Shown piece by piece: positions 22,660-30,494 of a stretch of DNA of 64,000 nucleotides. Every line of letters starts with the position of its first letter. Within the stretch, counting starts at the first letter, position 1. Origin of the DNA: an uncultured Alphaproteobacteria bacterium (GTDB lineage: Bacteria > Pseudomonadota > Alphaproteobacteria > Rhizobiales > Hyphomicrobiaceae); assembly GCA_963724565.1 (NCBI GenBank), contig CAVRVK010000007.1, positions 308,160-372,159 of the forward strand. Reading direction: 5' to 3'. A program made the translations under genes and the position numbers. Below the pieces are notes generated by a model. The model saw only the letters and a program-made list of their open reading frames with translations. It ran no database searches and was not told the origin of the DNA.

Positions 22660-24009
22660 TCACGCCCGGCGAACGAGGCGCGCCACGTAGAAGCCATCGA
22701 GGCCGGAGAGCTCGGCCGGCTCGAGCGGCAGGTGGCAGGGGAGCGTCCTCAAGTCGCCCGCCGCGCTGATCCACGAGGGGTCGGCGCCGAGCTCGCGGGG
22801 CTCGATGGGCAGGCGGTGGAACGCCTCGTTGTCCGAGAGAAACGCCGCGATCTGCTGCTCGCCCTCCTCGGGCTCCAGCGAGCACGTGCTGTAGATCAGC
22901 CGGCCGCCAGGGCTCACGAGACGGGCGGCGTTAGCGAGCAGCGCGCGCTGGACCTCGGCCATACGCGCAATGTCCTGTGGCTGCCGCAGACGCAGAATGT
23001 CGGGATGCCGGCGGATGGTGCCGGTGGCGGTGCAGGGGGCGTCCAGGACAACGACGTCGAAGGCGCGGCTGGGCGCCCAGGTCGCGGCGTCGGCGGCGAC
23101 CACCTCGGCTTGCAGGCCCAGTCGCTGCAGATTGGTGGTGAGGCGTTCCAGGCGCTTGGGTGAAACTTCGACCGCGGTCACTGCCGCGCCGGCAGCCGCC
23201 AGCGCCGCTGTCTTGCCGCCGGGTGCCGCGCACAGATCGGCGACCGAGCGCCCGGCAACTTCGCCCGCCGCCCGCGTGACGAGAGCGGCGGCTGCGTCCT
23301 GCACCCACCATGCGCCCTCGGCATAGCCCGGCAGGTCCTCGACCCGCCCTGGCGCCGCAACCCGGATCGACCCGGTCGGCAGCAGGCGGCCGCCCAGCTT
23401 TTCTGCCCAGGCCGATACTTCGGTGGGCGCGGCGGTTTTCAGCGAAATATCGAGCGCCGCCTCCCTCAAGCTCGCTTCGCCGATGCGGCGGGCCATGTCT
23501 TGGCCGTAGGCCGTCTCCCAGCGCCTGAGCAGCCAGGCGGGGACATTGACCGCGACGGGATCGACATCCCGCAAAAGCTCCGCGCCCTTGTCGGCGACGC
23601 GTCGGAGCACGGCATTGACGAGACCGGCGAACTTCGCCCCGCCGCGCACATGGCGCACAGCCCCGACCGCCAGGTCGACAGCGGCGTGCGGCGGAGTGCC
23701 GAGGCAGACGAGCTGCGCCGCGCCGGTGAGCAGAATGGGCCGAACTGCGCTTTCCCGCGGAAGCGGCCGCTCGAGGAACGCGCCAAGCACGTGCTCCAGT
23801 TCCCCCTGCCGTCGCAACACAGTCGCGGCGAGGGCACGGGCGAAGGCGCGGTCACGCGCATCGAGTCCGGCGAACCTTGGGTCGCCCCCGAGGTCCGCCA
23901 GCACCTGTTCGAGAGGGCGCCCCTGCAGCAATACCCCGCCAACTAGCCGGTGCGCCAGATCGCGTGCTGCTACGCCTGCCGGCGCACCGCTGTTGGGTTG
24001 CGCGGACAC
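22660..24009 (-). CDS. rsmB: 16S rRNA (cytosine967-C5)-methyltransferase RsmB/Sun family
   Basis: Intact ORF 22660..24090. NusB-like N-terminal half, then DLCAAPGGKT, VLDAPCTATGTIRRHPD, YSTCSLEPEEGE. Start is uncertain; GTG 24009 avoids overlap with htpX. Confidence 0.8.
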   Translation of the reverse strand: MSAQPNSGAPAGVAARDLAHRLVGGVLLQGRPLEQVLADLGGDPRFAGLDARDRAFARALAATVLRRQGELEHVLGAFLERPLPRESAVRPILLTGAAQLVCLGTPPHAAVDLAVGAVRHVRGGAKFAGLVNAVLRRVADKGAELLRDVDPVAVNVPAWLLRRWETAYGQDMARRIGEASLREAALDISLKTAAPTEVSAWAEKLGGRLLPTGSIRVAAPGRVEDLPGYAEGAWWVQDAAAALVTRAAGEVAGRSVADLCAAPGGKTAALAAAGAAVTAVEVSPKRLERLTTNLQRLGLQAEVVAADAATWAPSRAFDVVVLDAPCTATGTIRRHPDILRLRQPQDIARMAEVQRALLANAARLVSPGGRLIYSTCSLEPEEGEQQIAAFLSDNEAFHRLPIEPRELGADPSWISAAGDLRTLPCHLPLEPAELSGLDGFYVARLVRRA

Positions 24010-24041
24010 GCGCTGCCCGTGCGCCGGCTTACCCTTGGGCC

Positions 24042-25013
24042 TCAGCCCCACGGACCGCGGCGCGGCCTCTCGGGCGCCCCTCCACCCCAAGGGCCGGAGG
24101 CGGCCGGAGGCGGGCCGGAGCGCGAAGCCTGCGGCACCCGCGAGGCGCCGGGCCCAAGCTCGGCCGCCAACTGCTCCAGCGCGGCGACGCGGTTTTCCGT
24201 GTTGGGATGGGTGGAGAACAGGTTGTCCATGCCCTGGCCGTTAAGGGGATTGATGATGAACAGGTGCGCGGTGCCGGGCGCGGCCTCCGCCTGCTCGTTG
24301 GGGATGCCGCGGGCGTAGTGCTCGATGTTGCGCAGCGCGGAGGCGAGCCACATCGGGTTGCCGCAGATCATGGCGCCCAGCCGGTCGGCCTGATACTCGC
24401 GCGAGCGGCTCACCGCCATCTGCACGAGCATCGCCGCCATCGGCGCCACGATCGCCGCGATCAGCGCGACGATCCAATGCCCGCCGCCCTGGTTGTCGCG
24501 ATGGCCGCCGAAGATGGCGCCGAACTGCATGTATTGCGCCAGCATCGACACGGCGCCACCGACGGTCGCCGCCACCGCCATGGTCAGCGTGTCGTAGTTT
24601 TTCACGTGCGCCAGCTCGTGCGCCATGACGCCTGACACCTCCTCCGGCGACAGCATCTCGAGCAGTCCCGTGGAGGCGCACACGGCGGCGTTCTGCGGAT
24701 TGCGGCCAGTTGCGAAAGCGTTGGGCTGCGGATTGTTCATGATGTAGACGCGCGGCATCGGCAGCTGCGCCCGCGCCACGAGGTCGCGCACGATTGAGTA
24801 GTATTGCCCGCCGCTGCTGGCATCGACCTCCTCGGCACCGTACATGCGCAGCACCAGCTTGTCGGACTGCCACAGGCTGAACATGTTCATCACCACGGCG
24901 ATGACAAAGGCAATGGCCATGCCGCCCGGCCCGGCGAACAGCCAGCCGAGGGCGACGAAGATACCCGTCAACACCGCCAACAGCAGGCCGGTCTTGGCGA
25001 AGTTCATCGGCAT
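24042..25013 (-). CDS. htpX: zinc metalloprotease HtpX (M48 family)
   Basis: Intact; start ATG 25013 ([17 protein letters not shown]). [10 protein letters not shown] zinc motif, [10 protein letters not shown], four TM segments, Gly/Pro-rich tail. Confidence 0.9.
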   Translation of the reverse strand: MPMNFAKTGLLLAVLTGIFVALGWLFAGPGGMAIAFVIAVVMNMFSLWQSDKLVLRMYGAEEVDASSGGQYYSIVRDLVARAQLPMPRVYIMNNPQPNAFATGRNPQNAAVCASTGLLEMLSPEEVSGVMAHELAHVKNYDTLTMAVAATVGGAVSMLAQYMQFGAIFGGHRDNQGGGHWIVALIAAIVAPMAAMLVQMAVSRSREYQADRLGAMICGNPMWLASALRNIEHYARGIPNEQAEAAPGTAHLFIINPLNGQGMDNLFSTHPNTENRVAALEQLAAELGPGASRVPQASRSGPPPAASGPWGGGAPERPRRGPWG

Positions 25014-25259
25014 CGATCGATCCTTGGGATAGGGTGCTCCTCTGCCACCCGCGATAGGCGTGGGCAGCAATCACAATATGGTGTGGCGGGGTTTCGTCGG
25101 CCAGGGTCTGCAGGGCCCGCTTGCACAGTCATCGCATGCCCGGCGGCCGCGGCCGACGCAACGGCGCCACTGCAGGCTACGACGACCCGCGCGTGCTGGC
25201 TACGGCGGGAACTACGGGGTGTGCGTCAAAAGCCGTCCCCAGGGACCGGAAAGCCCCGC

Positions 25260-25291
25260 AAAAAAGAAATCGGCGCCCGCGGAGGGGCGCC
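25260..25291 (-). terminator. rho-independent terminator of small peptide gene 1
   Basis: Minus strand reads GGCGCCC-CTCCGC-GGGCGCC followed by GATTTCTTTTTT, 45 nt after the peptide stop codon. Confidence 0.7.
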
Positions 25292-25335
25292 AAGTTCATC
25301 TCACAGGGGAGGAGCTCGAAACTAAGCGAGTTTGT

Positions 25336-25458
25336 TCAGTTCATGTTGGTGTCGTGGTCGATCCAGTACTGCTGCGAGCCGAAGGTGGCGGCCTGGGCGG
25401 AACCCATTGCACCGGCCAGAACCGTGAGCACGACAAGGGCGGAGAGCAACTTCTGCAT
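25336..25458 (-). CDS. small secreted peptide precursor, 40 aa (paralog 1); not in the ORF track
   Basis: ATG 25458 preceded by AGGAGA at -7. MQKLLSALVVLTVLAGAMGSAQA|ATFGSQQYWIDHDTNMN*. Sec-type signal with AQA-A site; own terminator. A paralog at 26744..26869 has an identical C-terminal 15 residues. Confidence 0.65.
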   Translation of the reverse strand: MQKLLSALVVLTVLAGAMGSAQAATFGSQQYWIDHDTNMN

Positions 25459-25615
25459 GGTAATTCTCCTGTTTCTAGAGCGCTACCGGCTACCCACCGG
25501 CGGCTGATCAGAAGATGGCACCGCGCCGCCCGCGCCGCTGTGCTTTGCAGCACAGGTCAGCGCTGCAGGCGCGAAGCACCAGAAAAACAATGCCTCAGCT
25601 GCAATATTCGCCACC

Positions 25616-26278
25616 CTAGGCGGCCTTCAACATGTCTTCCTTGTCCAGCCCCTCCTGCACGATCCGCATCTCTGCCGCCGGGTACTCCCGCGCCAGCGCG
25701 AATGCCTCGTCGGGCGGCCCCCTGAGCCAGGTCTCGAACTCGTCCTCCCGTGTCAGCAGCACGGGCATGCGCTCGTGATTGACGGTGGCGATTAGCGAAT
25801 TGGGCGTCGTCGTCAGGAACGCGTAGGTCTCGATATCGACATTGGGCCCGTCCTTCTTCAGCGGTCCCCGGTAGCGGCGCCAGATGCCTGGAAAGGCAAA
25901 CAGCGGGCGCGAGCCTTCGCCTTTGATGGCGAACCAGTGCCACGTCGCGGGCTTCACACCGCCGTTCGGCTCGCAGAACGCGCCGGCCGGCACCAGGCAG
26001 CGCCGCATTTGGAAGCTCTCGCGCCAGAAGCCCGTGATCACCTTGTCGTCGCGCACGTTGGTCACGGGCTTCGGCGCGCGGCCCTGCTGCAGCAGCATGA
26101 AGCCCCAGCTCATCATCACCATCTCACGGTCGCCGTCGGCGGCCGAGCGCACCACTGGCGCCATGTAGCGGGGGAAGATGCCCGGCAGCGGATCGAAGGC
26201 GACGGCGCGGTTGTGCGAGACGCGGAAGAACCGCGCCACCACGTTTTGCTTCGGCGTCAGCGAATAGAGGTTGCACAC
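25616..26278 (-). CDS. SOS response-associated peptidase (SRAP/DUF159, YedK-like)
   Basis: Starts GTG-TGC ((M)CNLYS, the catalytic Cys2 position). Blocks PRYMAPVV, MSWGF, RCLVPAGAFCE, FAFPGIW, NHERMPVLL. Intact to the stop at 25616. Confidence 0.85.
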   Translation of the reverse strand: MCNLYSLTPKQNVVARFFRVSHNRAVAFDPLPGIFPRYMAPVVRSAADGDREMVMMSWGFMLLQQGRAPKPVTNVRDDKVITGFWRESFQMRRCLVPAGAFCEPNGGVKPATWHWFAIKGEGSRPLFAFPGIWRRYRGPLKKDGPNVDIETYAFLTTTPNSLIATVNHERMPVLLTREDEFETWLRGPPDEAFALAREYPAAEMRIVQEGLDKEDMLKAA

Positions 26279-26321
26279 CTGAGCGAGCTTCCCACACCGG
26301 CACTGGCCGTGCCTTGACGAT

Positions 26322-26336
26322 GTTCCTATTATGTTC
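26322..26336. promoter_or_regulatory. alphaproteobacterial-type LexA (SOS) box GTTC-N7-GTTC
   Basis: GTTCctattatGTTC sits within a 10-bp direct repeat (atgttcctat x2). It is 44 nt upstream of the SRAP GTG, and on the + strand lies between a TTGACG -35-like hexamer (26314-19) and a TATGTT -10-like hexamer (26338-43) that overlaps the ATG at 26339. Confidence 0.6.
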
Positions 26337-26338
26337 CT

Positions 26339-26584
26339 ATGTTGGATAGCATGCAGCAAGACAGGCTGGCCAGCTACCCCTTCCCGATTGTGCGCATCGC
26401 CTGCCGCTACTGCAGAAGGCGCGGCCAATACCCCCTCGAAAGCCTTGTGCGCAAGTACGGCGCCGACGCCAGCCTGTCGAACGTGTTGAGGAAGGTCTCC
26501 TCCGATTGCGCGCTGTCCGGCAACAGGACCAGCAAGCGCGGGTGTCTCGGCGCTTACCTGCCGGACGTGGAAAGAAAAAGGTAG
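26339..26584 (+). CDS. small basic Cys4 protein (CxxC...C-x11-C), hypothetical
   Basis: 81-aa ORF divergent from the SRAP gene: MLDSMQQDRLASYPFPIVRIACRYCRRRGQYPLESLVRKYGADASLSNVLRKVSSDCALSGNRTSKRGCLGAYLPDVERKR. Start ATG 26339 or 26351. I recall similar CxxCxRxG...L...DC...C mini-proteins in alphaproteobacteria, but no named family. Confidence 0.45.
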   Translation: MLDSMQQDRLASYPFPIVRIACRYCRRRGQYPLESLVRKYGADASLSNVLRKVSSDCALSGNRTSKRGCLGAYLPDVERKR

Positions 26585-26670
26585 CGCAACGGCCTATAGC
26601 AACGATGACATGGGCCGCGCGGCAAACCGCCAACACCGTGCCATGACGAGAAAAGCAGTCGACCCAACGC

Positions 26671-26702
26671 AAAAAAAAGAAATCGGCGCCCACAAGGGCG
26701 CC
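26671..26702 (-). terminator. rho-independent terminator of small peptide gene 2
   Basis: Minus strand reads GGCGCCC-TTGT-GGGCGCC followed by GATTTCTTTTTTTT, 42 nt after the peptide stop. Confidence 0.7.
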
Positions 26703-26743
26703 GGTTCCTTCAACAGACCTGTTCAGCTCAGTTACGAGCCTAC

Positions 26744-26869
26744 TCAGTTCATGTTGGTGTCGTGGTCGATCCAGTACTGCTGCGAACCGAAGGACGCGGC
26801 CTGCGCGGAGGTGGCGGCGACGCCGGCCAGAACCGACAGGGCAACCAAGGTCGAAAGGATGGTCTTCAT
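26744..26869 (-). CDS. small secreted peptide precursor, 41 aa (paralog 2); not in the ORF track
   Basis: ATG 26869 preceded by GGAGAA. MKTILSTLVALSVLAGVAATSAQA|ASFGSQQYWIDHDTNMN*. The last 47 nt are identical to paralog 1. The length difference between paralogs is exactly 3 nt. Confidence 0.65.
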   Translation of the reverse strand: MKTILSTLVALSVLAGVAATSAQAASFGSQQYWIDHDTNMN

Positions 26870-27038
26870 GATCATTCTCCAGCGTTTGAGTGTTGTTTGA
26901 CTTGCTCATCCGAGCCTTCCCGGCTCGTGAGTTGAAGATAGGTAGCTCTGCCCGAGCTGAAAGGCAGGTTCACCGACCTGTGATGAACAGTGATCAGGCG
27001 CTCGACCGGAATGCGCGATGGGTCGCTCTAAGACCTTG

Positions 27039-27068
27039 GAAAAAGGCAGTGCGCTTATCACGCGCACT
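27039..27068 (-). terminator. probable rho-independent terminator of the lipoprotein gene
   Basis: Minus strand reads AGTGCGC-GTGATAA-GCGCACT followed by GCCTTTTTCC, starting 3 nt after the TAG at 27071-27073. Confidence 0.55.
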
Positions 27069-27070
27069 CG

Positions 27071-28405
27071 CTACTGCGGGGCGACGTACACTGTTGGCGT
27101 GAGGGGAAGGGCGTTGCGCTTGGTGCTCAGGTTCACCAGCACATTGAGCAGCACGAACACTTGCTTGGTGTTGTTGGCTCCCTGGTTCGGCACGCAATAC
27201 AAGCCGCTGTCGTGCGCAGCGCGCGCGAAGCAGTCGCCGCGCATCCCTTTCTGGATCGTCAGCAGCGTGCTGTCTCCCGTCGGCAGCCGGATCGTTCTGG
27301 CATCGAACAGCTTGACCCGCTCGGCCGTTTCCGTTGCCAGCAGCCGACCGTAATACTGAAAGACGGCATAGGGCGACCGCATGACAGGCAGGACGCCCTT
27401 CACTTGCGGGCCGATCCCGCGGAAAATCGGATTGGTTGCAGAGAAGTGTCCCGAGCCGCACGCCAACGACGGGTGCACGATGCGGCCGTACTCCTGTGCC
27501 ACGGCCGGGTCGAAGCACATCACCACGCGCGACACCATCTTGGGCTGGGTCTTGTCGCCGCGCGCCAGGTGATTTGGCACCAGCTGCGGCTGCGTAGTCA
27601 TGCCGTATTCCAGGGCGGCACGTAGAAAATACAGGAACTTCTGATACACGCAGTCGCGCGCGTGCTGGCCCGACCACAAAGTGTTGGCGAAGGGCGAGCC
27701 GAAGGCGCCCCGTTGCGACAGCTGCTCGCACTGCCGGCGCTGCTCGGGGCCTTGCTGCCCCAGCCAGCCGTCGTTGGCGGGATCGTTCTGATATTCGAAT
27801 ACGGTTCCATCGGCCCGTACGACGCGAACACCCTTGACAATGGAATGCAGCACCAGCTCGCGGGATATGCCTGCATTGACCAGGAGATTGATGGTCTGAA
27901 TATCGAGCGGGCTGAGGAACTGGCCGTAGAAGTCCTGGTTCTCGAGCGGGGCGACGTCGAAGTTTGCCGATGTGTTCACTTTCGCGCTGGGGGTAACCAC
28001 GCCCCTGACCACGCTCGTGGTCGCCGTCACACCGCTTCCAACGGGGCCCTTGTTCAGGATGTCGTACATCAAGCCCTGGTTGCTGGTGACCTGCAGATTG
28101 CCCTCGACAATTCCGGAGGCGTTGTATTTCGACAGCGCCATGAAATTCATCGGCTCGAAGCGACTCGCGCGCACGATATTCAGCAGGATGCTGTCCTCGC
28201 GCAGATTGCCCGAGCCGATGTTGACTGCGGTGCCGCGATCGTTGAGCGTAGATTCAACTGCCGTGCAGGCCGTAAGGATGCAGGCGAAAAGAGCGCAGAG
28301 CGCCGGCAGCGCGCGCAAGCATGACGGACGGCGGCGCTGAACGCCAACAACGCGGCCGGCGCGAACTAGGCAAGCAGCGCCAAGCCCTACACCAACAGAA
28401 CGCAT
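27071..28405 (-). CDS. large lipoprotein of unknown function
   Basis: Intact 444-aa ORF. Lipobox ...ALFACILTAC|TAVEST; the start codon is uncertain because the N-extension is long. Lower G+C than neighbours (about 60-62% in hand-counted 60-mers). I cannot place any domain. Confidence 0.6.
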   Translation of the reverse strand: MRSVGVGLGAACLVRAGRVVGVQRRRPSCLRALPALCALFACILTACTAVESTLNDRGTAVNIGSGNLREDSILLNIVRASRFEPMNFMALSKYNASGIVEGNLQVTSNQGLMYDILNKGPVGSGVTATTSVVRGVVTPSAKVNTSANFDVAPLENQDFYGQFLSPLDIQTINLLVNAGISRELVLHSIVKGVRVVRADGTVFEYQNDPANDGWLGQQGPEQRRQCEQLSQRGAFGSPFANTLWSGQHARDCVYQKFLYFLRAALEYGMTTQPQLVPNHLARGDKTQPKMVSRVVMCFDPAVAQEYGRIVHPSLACGSGHFSATNPIFRGIGPQVKGVLPVMRSPYAVFQYYGRLLATETAERVKLFDARTIRLPTGDSTLLTIQKGMRGDCFARAAHDSGLYCVPNQGANNTKQVFVLLNVLVNLSTKRNALPLTPTVYVAPQ

Positions 28406-28679
28406 ACGCGACCCCGGAACTTCCTTTACAGATCAAGACTTGAGCATGCGCAGGAAGCCGCGTGAAGTTTCCAGGGCATCCGATGCGGAAAGTGGGAGAG
28501 CCGTTGTTGCGCAAATAGCACGCTCCGAGGACGTAGCGTTGTGCGACCCGCAATATTCACACCCCTGGGCTCGGCGCGGCTCCTGTTTGCAGCCTTGCCG
28601 GCCTAGCATCGCATCAACCATCGCAAAACCGTTGCAGACCCGCAGTTAAGGATGGGCGTCGCCTGCGCTGGAGGGAAGC

Positions 28680-30341
28680 ATGTGGCTGCTGCTCTTGCCG
28701 CTCAAGATGCGCTACGTCTTGCTGAGCACGGCCCTTGCAGGCTTTGCGGCCTCCGCCGTGCTCGTATGGCGCTATGACGACTACGCAACGCTATTCGCCA
28801 TTCCGCTTGTCTTCTTCGGCTTCTTCTCCCTGCTCGGCCTGCGCGACCTGTTCCAGCCGCGGCACGCCATCCTGCGCAACTACCCCATCACCGCCCACCT
28901 GCGCTTCCTGTTCGAGAAGATCCGGCCGGAGATGCGCCAGTACTTCTTCGAGGACGACAAGGACGGCCTGCCGTTCCCGCGCGACAAGCGCGCGATCGTC
29001 TACCAGCGCGCCAAGGGGGCGCTCGACAAGCGCCCCTTCGGCACCCAGTACGATGTCTACCAGATCGCACTACGAGTGGCTGCACCATTCGATTGCGCCC
29101 AAGGCGCCGCCGCGCGAGCCGTTCCGCATCAGCGATCGGCGGCCCCGACTGCACGCAGCCCTATTCGGCCTCCGTCTTCAACATCTCCGCCATGAGCTAC
29201 GGCTCGCTGTCGGCGAACGCCGTGCGCTCCCTCAACAAGGGGGCGAAGATGGGCGACTTCGCCCACGACACCGGCGAGGGCGGCTTCAGCCCCTACCACC
29301 GGAGCACGGCGGCGACATCATCTGGGAGATCGGCTCGGGCTATTTCGGCTGCCGCAACGGCGACGGCACGTTCGCGCCCGAGAAGTTTGCCGAGGTCGCC
29401 GCCAACCCGCAGATCAAGATGGTCGAGCTGAAATTGAGCCAGGGCGCCAAGCCGGGGCACGGCGGCGTGCTGCCCGCCGCCAAGGTGACGCGCGAGATCG
29501 CGCACATCCGCGGCGTGCCGCGCGGCGAGGACTGCATCTCGCCGGCCCGCCACTCGGCCTTCTCCACGCCAATCGAGCCTCGTGCGCTTCATCGCCGAGA
29601 TGCGGCGGCTCTCGGGCGGCAAGCCCGCCGGCTTCAAGCTGTGCATCGGCCATCCGTGGGAGTTCCTGGCCATCGTCAAGGCGATGCTGGAGACGGGCAT
29701 CACGCCGGATTTCATCGTCGTCGACGGCACCGAGGGCGGCACCGGCGCGGCCCCGCTCGAGTTCATGGACCATCTCGGCATGCCGCTGCGCGACGGACTG
29801 ACGTTCGTGCATTCGGCGCTGGTCGGCGCCAACCTGCGCGACCGCATCAAGCTCGGCGCCGCCGGCAAGATCACTTCCGGCTTCGACATGGCCCGCGTCA
29901 TGGCGCTGGGCGCCGACTGGTGCAACGCCGCGCGCGGCTTCATGTTCGCGGTCGGCTGCATCCAGGCGCAGCAATGCCACACCGGACACTGCCCGACCGG
30001 CGTCACCAGCCAGGACCGCTCGCGCCAGCGCGCCGTCGTCGTGTCCGACAAGTCGGTGCGGGTCGCCAACTTCCACAGGGAGACGGTGAAGGCGCTGGCC
30101 GAACTCGTCGGCGCCGCCGGCCTCGATCATCCTCGCGAGCTGCGCCCGCACCACTTCATGCGCCGGGTCGGCGCCAGACCGCGTGGTCACATTCGCCGAG
30201 GTGTACCGCTTCCTGGAGCCTGGCGAGCTCCTCCGCGGCACCACCGACCTTCGCTTCCGCGAGGCCTGGGCCATGGCTCGCGCCGACAGTTTCGCTCCCG
30301 CGGCAGCCCTGGTTTCGCCCATCGTTCAGGCCGCAGAATAG
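28680..30341 (+). pseudogene. FMN-binding glutamate synthase family protein (GltB domain-2-like, membrane-anchored), about 5 frame switches
   Basis: ATG 28680 after GGAGGGA. TM N-terminus, then RNYPITAHLRFLFE, ISAMSYGSLS, KLSQGAKPGHGGVLP, VVDGTEGGTGAAP, GADWCNAARGFMFAVGCIQAQQCHTGHCPTGV. Switches at ~29070, ~29135, ~29300, ~29580, ~30175. Stop TAG 30339-30341. Confidence 0.8.
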
Positions 30342-30494
30342 AAGTACACGACGGCGCTCTCTTTCCAGAGCAACCCGAACGCTTGCCCCACGCAACGCGA
30401 TGCCGACCCAACCCATGGCGTTGGGCCCTTCCTTTACCAATGCGGACTATTCTCGCGCGAGCAAGGAGGGAGAAGGCGTTTTCCGGCCGCTCTC

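Noticed and set aside
25334-25348. GTTCagttcatGTTG near-match to the SOS box at the 3' end of peptide gene 1.
   Set aside because: The second half-site is imperfect. It lies inside coding sequence at a gene's 3' end and is not matched in paralog 2.
25121-26900. Plus-strand ORFs 25121..25507 and 26610..26900 sharing the string QFMLVSWSIQYCCEPK.
   Set aside because: The shared string is simply the antisense of the 47 nt that are identical in the two minus-strand peptide genes. The plus-strand ORFs have no common start, no Shine-Dalgarno, no similarity outside that stretch, and they read through the terminators.
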